Source: Candidatus Kerfeldbacteria bacterium
GTDB lineage: Bacteria > Patescibacteriota > Patescibacteriia > UBA10025 > JAHIVO01
Reading direction: 5' to 3'
DNA length: 64,000 nucleotides
Assembly (NCBI GenBank): GCA_016214565.1
Contig: JACROE010000002.1
Span: 664,007-728,006, forward strand
Under the pieces are notes generated by a model, which was not told the origin of the DNA, made no database searches, and saw nothing but the letters and a program-made list of their open reading frames with translations. The first letter of the stretch is position 1. Every line of letters starts with the position of its first letter. Both the position numbers and the translations under genes were made by a program. Shown here piece after piece: positions 19,401 to 32,200 of this stretch.

Positions 19401-20718
19401 GCTTTTTGTGGAGGTTAATACGAACTTCGGTTCCAGCATAATCGTACCGCTTCCGGAGTTCTTTTTCCAGATAATTACAATAGGCTGGGTTGATCAGTTC
19501 GGCATGCTTGGCAAACAGGGTGAAGCGGGGCGGCCGGATGCCGGTTTGCTCCAGGCGGAGGAAGGTGGCTGATTTGGTCCCTTTGCTCGGCAGGGCTTTT
19601 TTGGGCGGATTCTGGGTAATGAGCTGATGCAGCTCTGCTTCGGTCATTCGGCGCTGGCGCATCTCGGCGATGGCAATCGTTTGCTGAAGTAATACATGAA
19701 GCCGTTGTTTGTCCACGGCTGAGGTAAAGATGAGCGGTGCCCAGCCGAGGGCGGGGAAATACCGTTGGTAGCGCGCGCGGTGTTCGCGGATGGCACGCGG
19801 ACTTTTGTCTTTCACCCGGTCCCACTTATTTGCCACCAAGACTATGCCGTTACCAGCCCGGCGCGCGTGTTCGGCAATAATTTGATCTTGAACGCTGAGC
19901 GGTTCGCTCACATCGGTTACTACCCAAGAAATATCAGAGTGCTGAATCATCCATTTGGTTTTATCAGCGCTGTGTTGCTCCAGTTTATCCGTTTGTTTGC
20001 GATCTCGACGGAGCCCAGCTGTGTCAACCAGGACAATGGTTTTATCTTTAAACGTGAGCGTGGTGTCGTTCGGTTCGCGAGTGGTATGGGGAATAGGGGT
20101 GACGATGACGCGTTCTTCGCCGAGGATAGCGTTAAACAGCGATGATTTACCAACATTGGTTTTCCCAATAATTGAGACAGTAATATCCGTCGTGGGTGCC
20201 TGATAATTTCGAGCTGGAATATGGTGGACGATGACATCGAGCAGATCACCGGTTCCGACGCCGCTGACCCCCGAGACGAGATGGGGTTGGCCGAGGCCAA
20301 GATTTTGGAAATTAGGCGCCACCCGGCGGCGTTTCGCCGGGCCGTCAACTTTGGTGACGGCAAGCACGGTTGGTTTTTTCAATCGGCGTACTGATCGGGC
20401 GATCAGTCGGTCTTCGCTCCGCACTGGCAGAGTGCCGTCGCCGACGAAGACGATTAAATCAGCTCGCTCAACGGCGCGGTACGCATGCCGCTGTACTTCT
20501 TTTTCGATCGGTCCTTGGATCGCCGCATCCAAGCCGCCGGTATCAATTAATACAAAATCGCTCCCGCGCCAGGAGATGTGGGTACGGTGTAGGTCGCGCG
20601 TGGTTCCAGGGATATCAGAAACCAGCACCGCGCTCTGCTCAGCTAATTTATTGTAGAGCGTTGACTTTCCTGCATTCATGCGTCCGACGAGTACTACCTC
20701 GGGCAACCGGCGAGCCAT
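19393..20718 (-). CDS. der: Ribosome biogenesis GTPase Der/EngA
   Basis: Two tandem G domains (GRMNAGKST/DTGG; GKTNVGKSS/DTAG/NKWD) plus KH-like C-terminus. Confidence 0.95.
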   Translation of the reverse strand: MARRLPEVVLVGRMNAGKSTLYNKLAEQSAVLVSDIPGTTRDLHRTHISWRGSDFVLIDTGGLDAAIQGPIEKEVQRHAYRAVERADLIVFVGDGTLPVRSEDRLIARSVRRLKKPTVLAVTKVDGPAKRRRVAPNFQNLGLGQPHLVSGVSGVGTGDLLDVIVHHIPARNYQAPTTDITVSIIGKTNVGKSSLFNAILGEERVIVTPIPHTTREPNDTTLTFKDKTIVLVDTAGLRRDRKQTDKLEQHSADKTKWMIQHSDISWVVTDVSEPLSVQDQIIAEHARRAGNGIVLVANKWDRVKDKSPRAIREHRARYQRYFPALGWAPLIFTSAVDKQRLHVLLQQTIAIAEMRQRRMTEAELHQLITQNPPKKALPSKGTKSATFLRLEQTGIRPPRFTLFAKHAELINPAYCNYLEKELRKRYDYAGTEVRINLHKKHV

Positions 20719-20738
20719 AACGTTTGTAGGGTATTCTA

Positions 20739-22235
20739 TTAGTTACTTGCTGTACTCAAGAGAGCCGGGTCGAGACGGTCATTGCCAATGATGATGAGAA
20801 TATCTATATCTTCGGCTACCGTGGCGGGAATTGCTTTTTGATTTGAATTTATCAGAGCGGGGATAGCTGGTGCCAAGCGGGCATTGAGTAGAGTTTTCAG
20901 GGCAGCTAAGGTATATGGCTTCGTGCCGCCGGTATAATCATAAATCGTGGTTTGGGTGACCGCTGTATCAGTTTCCGCATTAGCCACTTTGACTACATTA
21001 TACAGCTGCGTCGTGAGTAATTCGGCGGTATCGGTGGCCAGTCCTTCCTGGGTCGTACCATTTTGTACTTCGATACGTGCGTCTTCTTTTACGATGGCGC
21101 TTGTATCAAAGACGTTGGCAATACGGGCATTGATTTCAGTAAAGTCTCCAGAGACCGGTCGGAGAATATAGGCTCCATCCAGCGTATGGTCAGATACGAG
21201 ATATCCTTCAGGGCTGGTATCGAGGGTAACCGAAACAATATTTTCTTTCTGGATTGGTTCAAGCATTTTTGCCAGCTGGGCGATTTCCCAAATTTCCATG
21301 TTGGTTTGGTTGTGTTGTCCCAGACTGTCGAGCGCCGAGACTATGCTGGCGGGGTTTACCAATGAATTGACGGAAAAGAATTTATTTTTTAGCGCTAAGA
21401 GCACCTTTTGTTGCCGTTGTGATCGGGCAAAATCAGATCCTTCTCCATTATTGCCGTGGCGGGAGCGGACATATTGCAGCGCGCGTTCGCCATCCATTTC
21501 CTCGATTCCTTTGGTAAACGTGATCGTTTGATATCCATAGTTATAGTCTGGGTATTCGTAATCGGTAAAGCTTTGTGCGACATCTATTTCGATTCCACCC
21601 AGCTCATCAATGGCTTTGCGAAAGCCTTCGAAATCAATTCGGGCTGTGTAATGGATTGGCAATTCAAATGTTTCTGAGACGACGCGAGCTAACAGTGCTT
21701 CGCCACCGCCGGGGTAGTCGGACTGAACGCCAAAGGCTAATGCATTATTAATTTTGCGAAAGCCATAATCAGGGATTTCGACATACAAGTCGCGAGGAAT
21801 TGAAACGGTTGCCATTTCATTGGTAGACGGTTTGTAGCTGATGAGAATAATGGTGTCAGCCAGGTATGATCCCTGGTGCCCCTCACCGCCAATGCCAGCC
21901 AGGAGGATATTGATCCGGTCAGCCGACTCACCTTTCAATTGGGGTTCGGGATTGTCGATGAGGTGCTTGATTTGATCAATAAAACCAATTTTTTCGCCGG
22001 TGGTTGAATTAGTGCTGTTTACGGCCAGGACAATCTTTGTGATAAAACCCAAACCGATCAATATAATAACCAGCGCTAATGCCAAACTGGACCACAACAG
22101 GAGGTGCGATCGTGATTTGGCAGGACGCGATTTCTTATCATTTCCCGGCGTCCCAGATGGTTGGTATATCGTGGGATCAAAACGCGGCCGCTTCGGGGTA
22201 GAGGATGGTGATTGTGGCTGCAAGAGGTCAGGCAT
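20739..22235 (-). CDS. LCP (LytR-CpsA-Psr) family protein with LytR_C domain
   Basis: TM, INILLAG, ADTII, SIPRDL, YVRSRH, SDFARSQRQQ, VQNGT; start at ATG 22235 assumed. Confidence 0.93.
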   Translation of the reverse strand: MPDLLQPQSPSSTPKRPRFDPTIYQPSGTPGNDKKSRPAKSRSHLLLWSSLALALVIILIGLGFITKIVLAVNSTNSTTGEKIGFIDQIKHLIDNPEPQLKGESADRINILLAGIGGEGHQGSYLADTIILISYKPSTNEMATVSIPRDLYVEIPDYGFRKINNALAFGVQSDYPGGGEALLARVVSETFELPIHYTARIDFEGFRKAIDELGGIEIDVAQSFTDYEYPDYNYGYQTITFTKGIEEMDGERALQYVRSRHGNNGEGSDFARSQRQQKVLLALKNKFFSVNSLVNPASIVSALDSLGQHNQTNMEIWEIAQLAKMLEPIQKENIVSVTLDTSPEGYLVSDHTLDGAYILRPVSGDFTEINARIANVFDTSAIVKEDARIEVQNGTTQEGLATDTAELLTTQLYNVVKVANAETDTAVTQTTIYDYTGGTKPYTLAALKTLLNARLAPAIPALINSNQKAIPATVAEDIDILIIIGNDRLDPALLSTASN

Positions 22236-22323
22236 AGTGGGCTTATTATAATAAAATCCACCCGGGGCGTAAAGGGTCTGGATACACATTTTTTAATACG
22301 CGTGCTACACTGAAAGCCATTCT

Positions 22324-23034
22324 ATGGCACGCCACTGCATAATCCTTCCTACCTATAATGAAAAAGAAAACATTACGGGAATTGTCCGTGAAATTTTGGC
22401 ATTGGCCATTCCTGAACTGTGCGTTTTGGTCGTAGATGATAATTCGCCTGATGGGACTGGTCAGATCGCTGATGAGTTAGCGCGGCACGACCAGCGGATT
22501 TCCGTGCTGCATCGTGACGCGAAAGAAGGATTAGGGAAAGCCTATACCGCAGGCTTTCGTTGGGCCCTGCGTGATCCGCAGATTGAGCACGTCTTTGAGA
22601 TGGATGCAGATTTTTCACATCAGCCGAAGTATATTCCGAATTTCTTGGAAGCAATTCAATCAGCTGACTTGGTGCTTGGGTCTCGGTATATCCCGGGTGG
22701 CGGGGTGGCTAACTGGAATTGGTCGCGCAGGATGATTAGCACCACTGCCAATATGATTATCCGACGCCTTTTGGGTATGGCAGTACATGATTTAACGGGT
22801 GGCTTCAAATGTTTTCGCCGGACGGTACTGGAACGGTTGGATTTAGACGCAGTTGCCTCACGGGGGTACAATTTTCAGATAGAGGTTACCTACCGGGCGG
22901 GTCAAGCCGGTTTTCGCATTCAAGAAATTCCCATCACGTTCATCGAGCGCCGGGCTGGTACATCAAAATTCAGTCCGGGGATCATGCTGGAGAGCTTTTG
23001 GCAGGTATTACGCCTCAGATTTGGCGGAAAATAA
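22324..23034 (+). CDS. Polyprenol monophosphomannose synthase (GT2, Ppm1/DPM1-like)
   Basis: PTYNEKENI, VDDNSPDGT, MDADFSH, GSRY, DLTGGFK. Confidence 0.9.
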   Translation: MARHCIILPTYNEKENITGIVREILALAIPELCVLVVDDNSPDGTGQIADELARHDQRISVLHRDAKEGLGKAYTAGFRWALRDPQIEHVFEMDADFSHQPKYIPNFLEAIQSADLVLGSRYIPGGGVANWNWSRRMISTTANMIIRRLLGMAVHDLTGGFKCFRRTVLERLDLDAVASRGYNFQIEVTYRAGQAGFRIQEIPITFIERRAGTSKFSPGIMLESFWQVLRLRFGGK

Positions 23035-23129
23035 TTGGCAAGTGAGAGGTGTTTCACCCCCATAGAACATGGCTGGCCATGATACCATGGCAATCTTCGG
23101 TATGGTTATTGTTTTTTACTCATCTGCAC

Positions 23130-23158
23130 TAGACAGATATATGATTTTTTGATATACT
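23130..23158 (+). promoter_or_regulatory. Promoter of the giant gene, followed by a hairpin/palindrome at 23180-23218
   Basis: TAGACA-N17-TATACT; downstream TGAATG...CGCTAA-TT-TTAGCG...CATTCA. Confidence 0.6.
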
Positions 23159-23227
23159 AGTCGTGGCACCTTTGTTAAGTGAATGAATTATTTACGCTAA
23201 TTTTAGCGAAACCATTCAAAAATATTC

Positions 23228-26200
23228 GTGGCGTTTAGATGGTTTAAGATAGTTAATAAGGTAACGCCAACCAGTATCAAGAAGCAAATTGATTTTGCTT
23301 CGCTCCCTAATCTATTGACGATTGAGCAGGTGAGCGAGATACTTGGCGTCCACCCAAATACATTGCGCAATTGGGACCGTGCCGGAAAGTTGCGCGCTGT
23401 TAGAATTGGCTCGCGACAAGATCGACGGTATGATAAGCAGTCAATTCAGAAGCTCTATACTGAGCTTCATCCGCCGGTGCTCAAACCAGCCGAACCGCCG
23501 ACACCACCGGCGCTTCCAGAAGCGACAGCTGAAAAAAGTTATGTACTGGAGCCAGGTTTTTCTTGGCGTTCGTTCCAACTTTACTTCCTGAGCCGAAAGT
23601 TTTCTCTGTTTGTTTTTTCGGTACTGCTGGTAGCATTTTCTTTTGCCGTTGTACAAGTCAGCTTCTTTGCATATATATACCTCGCTCGGGCAGAAGAAGT
23701 GGGTCAGGAGATTGTTGCAGTGCAGCCCACCAGCGCTAGTGGCTGGGAAACATCAGCTCAGGCACTGGCGATTGATTTACTGCCCGCGGCGTCCCTGGAG
23801 GAATTTGCTGATGCGAATGCTGCGCACTATCATACTACACCGACTACCGATGCCGATGGTCCAGTGACTATTGAACAAGAGGTTGAGCTCGAAGACAGCC
23901 AGGTAGCAATTGAAGAGGAGAGCGCGGTTCCATTGAATGCGTCGCTGCCTGAATTAGTCGTGTCAAATTTTATTGCTCCGGATACGATTGAGTCAGGCGA
24001 CGTTATCACGAAAACTGGATTTCGCGTATCCCTAGCCGCCGATGGCACCCCGGAGAGCGAAGATGTCCTCGTACTCGAATATTCGCTCGATCAAGGGGCA
24101 AACTGGCAGCAGTTGGAATCACTGGTGCTCACTGATGACCTGAGTAATGCTATCCACGGTGGATATTTTGAGTATGCCCTGGCTCCCTTAGCATCAATAA
24201 CTGACGTCAGCGCAATACAATTTCGCGCACGCATGAACGCCGGGGCAAATTCGGCCTCAGGCGTGGTTTGGATTGACGGCGTCGAATTGCAGCTGGAAAC
24301 CCAACGCCCCGATCCGATCGTCGAGGATATTACCAGCAGCGTTTCATTTGTGGCTGATACTGATATGGATTTAACATCCCAAGAGCAGCCGGTGATCGCA
24401 GTTGAGACGGAGGAAAAATCAAGTTTTGAATTTATTGGCGTTGAGCCGATTACGCGTGAGGTAGGCAGCGTCACCATCACCAGTCCTGACGGGGCAACCC
24501 GTGATGTTTCGGTTTCGCGTGATTCCGCTGTGACTGACATGGGTACCACTACCTCATTAGCAATTGATCCATCGACCTTGACCGAGCCGGGGAAATACAC
24601 GGTGACGGTGACCGTGGAGCAGGATGGGCGGGAGAAACAGGTCGCCTATGAATTTACCTGGGGGGCGCTGGCATTTAATACTGATCAGGCGAATTACCAA
24701 TTAGGTGAGATTGCCACGTTTTCTCTAGGAGCGGTCGATGATACCGGACATATTATTTGTACGGCGGATATGCGACTCTCCATCGTTGATCCAGCAGGCA
24801 CGGAAACAGTACTGACCAGCGCTGATGGTACGATCCAGGTCACGGATTATTGCTCTATTAAGGACGTCTACCAAGGGCCTGATTATGTAGCAACCTATGT
24901 ACCGACATTGCCAGGGGCCTATCAGGTTACGCTTGTTGCCACCGTCCATGGCCAAACCCGCACCGTATCGGACGCCTTCAGCGTATTACCAGAACCGGCC
25001 TATACCATCAAGCGCGATGGACCGACGCGCGTTTTCCCTAATGTGCCGCAACCAATGCGTCTCGTCGTTACTCCCACTAGCGCATTTACCGGAACGGTGC
25101 GAGAATTTGTGCCTGGCAACTTTGATGTCTATCCAGAAAACGGTGGCCGTATCCAGCCGTATGACACGGGGACCGAGATTGTTCGTTCAATCGTTTGGGA
25201 TATTTCGCTTGAAGCAGGGACGAGTGCGACGCTCGGCTATACATTTAAGTCTCCAGAAAAAAGTCCAGCACTCTTTGCGCTTGGCCCAGCTACGGCGGGC
25301 GATTGGACTGAGCCGCGGGCATGGCAGCTGGTGATTGATCCGGCGTATATGTACGTATTAGGCAATTCTGCGTCAGCACCGACTGGCTGGACCAATGACA
25401 CAGCTACCTTCGCCGGATATTATCCGCGTGGCGCGGCCACGACGGACACTACGCCGCCGACTGGTGGCGCGGCGTCACATACTCACACGGTTTCTGGTCA
25501 AAATATCAGCGCGCCTTCCACTGAAGTAACTATTACCGGCTGGGGTTGTATAGATTTTTGTCTTAATTCGGCGACGACCGCGCATACGCATGGGATTAAT
25601 TCGTTGACGGTCGGCAGTGCAAATAATGATCCACTGAACCACACTTTCTATCTTTGGAAGAGCAATGCAACTGATCCTACCACTATTCCAAATAACGCCT
25701 ATGTCTTTTTTGACACTGCTCCGGCAGGAAGCTGGACTCGATTTAGTGCCGCAGATAACCGGCTGGTCAAAATAAATAGTTCAAATACGACTGGCGGCAC
25801 CAGCGATACGCATACCCACTCATTGACTTGGGGTTCCCTGACCGCCGCTTCTGGCTCAACAAGTTTACAAGCAGATGGGATAACGTATACGGCTGCCTCC
25901 TCTACGCATACACATACTGCACCAACTGGCACAACCTCAACTTCGTATACTTTGTTACCGAGTTATATCCAATCACTTATTTACCAAGCGACCGCAGATA
26001 ATTCTGTACCACAAAACCTGATTGCCATGTGGGATGCGGCACCGCCGACTGGATGGACTACGGTCTCGGGCGCCAGCCAGACATATAATGGACAGTTTAT
26101 TCGCGGGTCAGCCAGTTACAGCGCTACGCCACAGTCAGCCGATACCCACAGCGTAGCTAATCAGACAAGTGGCGCCACCGGCAGCGCTTCAGCAAACGGA

Positions 26201-29200
26201 GCGACAACAGCCGTCGGTACTGGTGCGGCCAGAAATACTCACACCCACACCATTACCGCCAGTTTTAGTGCTAGCACCGATCACAAGCCGCAGTATTTCG
26301 ATGTAATCATGGCTGAGTGTACTAATGGTGGTGGTTGTGGCGCAGCCGCATCGATAACTGTTTCCGGATCGGTGTATTCTGACGAAGGATCGACCAAGAT
26401 TACTGCTGCGGCTAAGACGGTCGTCCTCTGGGTTAATGGATCAGCTACAGCCTGCGGCGGCGGTGCCTGTACTGCAGAGACTTCTAATGGTGATTATTCG
26501 ATTAGTAATGTCACTGCGACGAGTGGCGATGTACTAACATTATTTCTAGACAATGAAACGGAAAAGGCAACCACGTTCTTGGTCAGCAATGGTTCGACCG
26601 TGAGCACGGCTCATCTCTACCAAAATCGCGTAATTCTCCGACATGACACCGGTGCTTCTATTACGAATGCTAATATCGAATCGGGTGACCGCGACGCAAC
26701 GGGCGAGACCGACATCTTGGCCGAAGTGGCTACCAGCAATCTAACGGTTGATTCAAATTACGAGCTGCATATCTGGACTGGCGGAACGCAGGCGTATGAC
26801 CCGGGCGGCACCGTCACCACTCAGGGGACGGGTGATCTACACGTCGATGATAGTGCCAGCGCCTACATGGACACCGCATCGAATTCGATTGCCCAAAACG
26901 TAACCATTGATGCAGGCGCTACGCTCTACGGTCAGAACACGACGACGGTCAATGGCGCAGCGAATGCAGGCGTGTCGGCGGCCGGTACCCTCAATATTTC
27001 CGGCGGCACCTTCACGGTGGGTAATGGCACGGATGAGGACCTGACATTAAATGCCGGTACGCTGACGGTGAGTGGCGGCACCTTGACGGTGAAGGATCAG
27101 ATCAAGACAACATCAGGCGGTAGTGCGGAAACAGTCAATATTACCGGTGGCATCACCAATGCCCAAGGAACCGGGACGACAACGAGCGCGCCATTGTACA
27201 TTCCTGATGGGACGATTACGGTCGGTGGGGGAGGTGGCACGGCAACGGTCAACACATCTGGTAATTTGTATCAGACCGGTGGCACCCTAAACGTCAATAC
27301 GAATTCGGACATTAATGTGACCGGAGAATTTCAGATGCCGAGCGGTTCACCCATTCTGGAGCTCAACGACGGAAGTCTGGATTCAACTAGTCACTGGCGA
27401 CTAAACGCCGGCACTATCAATCTCGATGGCGGCAGCCACCACACTGGCAATGATGGCATCGTGGAAATGACCAATGGCGGCAACGCCGTTACTTTCAATA
27501 TGACCGGTGGTGATCTCTATATGCGTGGTTTACTCGTCTACAATAGTGGCACCTTAACCACGAGTACCTGCACTGGGGGAAATATCCATCTCGGCATCGT
27601 GGCTGGCCCGAGCATCAACTACTATTTGGTAAATACCAGTGGCACATATCAGATTTATAATTTACTCATTGATCAGACTGCTTTCATTAATGCAAGTAGC
27701 ACGCAAACCTTCAAGGTGAAGGGGGCGCTTACAATTGCCAATACCATGACCTTCACCACGAATAGCAAAACGATGCAGGTAGATGGTGGCTGGGTAAATA
27801 ATGGTACCTACACTGGCGGCACCAGTACTATCACATTGCGTGGCGGTAATATCAGCGGCACCAGCGATACCTCGTTTTCGACATTGAACATCGGCGACGC
27901 AACCACCACTGCCACGGTTACGGTTAATGGCACGGATGACCCGACCGTGACCGGCACGATGTTGGTGGATACTGGCGATATACTTTCAATCGGCGCCAGC
28001 CGGTTTGTCACCCACTCGGGCGGAACCTATACCCTGAATGGAACGGTCAGCGGCGCGGGGACCATGACCTTTACCAATACTTCCCCAGGCCCGGGCACGA
28101 CCGGTTCACTGACATCGACGACGCGATATGATGCCACGAATGGCAACGTGGCCTCTACTACGGTGGACGTGCGAACGGATTATCAGCAGCTTGAGTTTTA
28201 TTCTAATACCGCAACGGCGCGATCCATTACCTTGGCGGCTGGAACATATATAACGAACGTCACTAATGGCAATGTGTACGTTATTGCGGATGGCGCTTCA
28301 CCAGGGAATCTAACCTTGGATGGCGCCACCAATAATCCGACCATGGATATCGCGTATAGTTTGGATTTCACGGGAGCGGGCACGGCGAGTGAGATTATTA
28401 CCTCAGGCACTGGTGTCTGGCAGGTTGGCCAGCATGTCGATTTCACTGGTGGGACGTACACAGCTACCGCAGGTAATACGCTAGATATGGATGGTATTGG
28501 GACGCTGACTTCAGCGGCACAGACTTTGCAGAATCTTACTCTATCGGGCACGATCACCCTGGCGAATGCTACTCATACCGTGAATGGCAATCTTGTTTTG
28601 GGAAACGGATTGACTGCCGGCACGTCAACGGTGACCATGACCGGCACCAGTAATACCATTACCGGCAACAATCGGACCCTCGCCAATCTCACTATTGATC
28701 CTTCAAGCGCAGGTACGATCACGCTCCAGACTTCGAATCTGACTACCAGCGGCACGTTGACCGTGGCGGCTGGGGATACACTATCGATTGCTTCTGGAAT
28801 AACATTGAGCAACACGGCTGCCGCAGAAGTTGCCGGCACGGGAAACATCGGTGGAGCGGGGACACTGCTATTCACTAGTGCGTCAGGCGGACCAGGGACA
28901 ACTATTTCTACGCTTAGCGCTATTACGCGGTATGACGCTTCGAGTGGCAATATTGCCGCAGCCACCATAGACGCGCGGACATACGCTGGCTCAGTTGAAT
29001 TCTACTCTAATAGCGCTACTGCTCGGACGGCTACACTTAATACTGGCACATACTCTGTTAGTTCCTTGTACGTTATTGCCGACGGAAATAGCCCGGGCGA
29101 TATGACGCTGGTTGGTGCCACTAATAATCCGACGGTGACTATTGCCGGCAATCTTGATTTTACTGGTACTGGTACGGCGAGTGAAGTGATTACCTCGGGC

Positions 29201-32200
29201 ACTGGCACCTGGACCGTCTCCGGGCATGTCGATTTCACGGGCGGCACATACACCGCCACGACTAATAATACCTTGGTCATGGACGGCGTTTCTGTAAACA
29301 TCTACGGCAACGGCCAAAGTTTATATAATTTTTCCATCAGCCCATCTACTATTGGTACGGTCAGTATGCAGACGTCAGATTTGACCGTCACTGGCACGAT
29401 CACCTTGAGCGGTACTTGCCAATTAACCATCAATGCTGGTTTGAATTTTACTTTGGGGAGTGCGGGTACGCTGACACGGGGGGCGGGTTGCGCCATCGCT
29501 GGTACTGGTACGTTCATTTATCAGCCGGCGACGTTCTCACAAACGAGTGGCGTCACGTCTGGAATACGGTTTGACGCGACGAATAATAACCAGACTATTA
29601 ACGGGAACTATACGTTTAGTCGCGCGGTCGAATTTTATAATGCGCATGCCAGTACAGCGCGGACCATTACTCTGGGTAATGCAGGCGGCAGAACATTCAC
29701 GTTTAGTTCCACGGCCACCGTAACTGCTGCTTCAGGCGGGACCGTCTCTGTTGATGCCAATACCAATGATCCGAACTTGACCTTTACCGGCGCGGTGAGT
29801 ATCGGTGGAGCATCAGGGGCAAGCGCCACCTTGTCCGCTAATAGTGCTAATACGCTTGCCTTCAATGGTGCGGTGACCGTCAATGCCACTGGCGTTTTGA
29901 CCACCAATGGTAGTACGGTCATGACCATGGCTGGCGATTATACGAATAATGGTACGTTCAATGCTGGCGCTGGAACCGTCACGCTGAATGGTTCAGGTAC
30001 GCAGATACTCTCAGGCACGATGACCGGTGGGTCAGCTTTCAATAATTTAATTGTCACCAATGCATCGGCAAGTAATCCAGATATTAGCTTTGCCGCGTCG
30101 GCGACGGTTGGCGCCACATTTACTGCGACAACCGCCAGTTCCCAGATTCGTTTCTTAGCCGGTGGAACCTACACATTTCAAAATATTGCCCTGAATGGAC
30201 AGGCGACCGGCACGCGCGTGGCGCTGACCAGTTCCTCGACGGGCACGCAGTGGAATCTAAATGTGGCCGGGACGCGATCCGTGTCCAATACATCAGTACG
30301 GGATTCAACCGCGTGCGGTCAAGCGCCAAATATTTCAGCGAATGATGGCACGAATCTGAGCTTGGGGAACAATTCTTGTTGGACATTCCCCGGCATTATC
30401 ATCTCCGGGACGGCCAATGGGAACGTCGGAGCAACCGTTCGCTATGCGGTGAATGGTAGCCTTCAAACTGATACCGGGACGATTGGTGCATCTACCTGGT
30501 CGATCGAAGGCTTGACCGCGCCGGCTGTGAACGATGAGATCATCGTCTGGATAGATAATGTGGCTGATGCTAATGAGTCGAGTGGGGTTACCAGCTATGA
30601 CGGTTCAGGCGATATCACGGGTATGGTACTCGATACCCATGTATTGACGCTCGGAAGTAACGATAATCAATCCATTAGTCAGACTGTACTGCAAACAGTC
30701 TACGATAATTTTAATGATGAGGACATAATGTTTCGTTGTCCGATTGTCGCTAGCTGTACTCTGGCCGTAGATGATGATAGCGTTTATACCGATGACCGGC
30801 TGACGATTCTCTCGGGCACGACCTGGGTGATGGGGCCCAATGATGGCATCAATACACATGATATCCAGATTGACGGAACGCTGACCGCTGGTACCGGGAG
30901 CATCACCGTCTCCGGTTCATGGGATAATAATAATGATTTCAATTCGTCGGGGAGTGAAACGATATATTTTACTTCAACGACCACTGAAATCATTGATTCC
31001 ACGGGCGCAGTTGATTCCGATGTGTATAATGTGAATTTCACTGGAGTGGGTGGGCAGTGGACATTAAATTCTACCTGGGTGGTCAATAACGACGTGACCA
31101 TGAGCGCTGGGACGTTCAGGGTCAATAGTGATTTGTACGTCAATGGCGGTGATATCACTGGTGATGGCACGTTGACGTATACGGCAGGCTCACCCAATGT
31201 GATTATGGGGTCAGCCAGCGGAAATTTCGGAGGGGCAAACCCGTGGACATTCTTTAATCTGCAATTTTCTCATACCGCGCTCTGTAATGCGCCCGTGACC
31301 ACGGCTACCGGCGCGGGAAGCGTTACCATTAATGGCACATTGACGCTGCAGGCAGATGGAGGTTGTGCTTGTACGGAAACCGATTGCCCGTCGCATAATC
31401 TGGATCTTGGGTCGAAGACATGGATTCTTACAGCTTCGGGCACACCACTTGTTGCTGATGGAGAAATTATTGGATCAACCTCGACGGTCCGGTATACGGG
31501 TACGGGCGCCACAAATATAACAACCACTAATCCTAATTTGACTGATTATTACTATACGCTTGAACTTCAACCCGCATCCGGAACTCCGACCTATACGCTA
31601 TTATCCACTGGCACAGCTTCCTATGAAATACGAGGAAACTTGACGATCAGCACTTCGGTGAATTTAACGGTTACTGGATCGACCGTGTTTATGACCGGAA
31701 CAGGCACGCTTGACGCTGGCGGGAAGACGCTTAATAATCTCACCATCAATCCAGCGGCAGCCCAGACTGTAACCGTTCAAACCAATGACGTGACGGTTGC
31801 TGGCAATTTGACCGTAACGGCAAACGGCGTGATGAGCATTTCGAATGGCCGGACGGTCACTTGGACTGGCGCGACATTAACGTTGGCCGGGGCTATTTCC
31901 GGCCAAGGGATACTTCGGGTTGACTCGGTTGGCGTTATTCCGGCGACCGGTACGCTCTCAAGTATCGTCCAGCTTTATGCTACGAACGGTAACACCGTGG
32001 TCATGTATGCGCGCACTTATGGCGGCGAGGTGCAAATTTACAACAGTAGCGTTACGTCGCGCACTATTACTATGGAAGCGGGGACTCATACCATTACTGG
32101 TGCAAGCTCAGCTCTAAATCTCCGGGCTGAGAACAATGGCGACATGACACTGGTGGGCGCGACCAATAATCCCACTGTATCAGTGAGCGGCAACCTGATT

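Noticed and set aside
23049-23062. parS site (TGTTTCAC half)
   Set aside because: Only a half-site; no palindromic GTGAAACA
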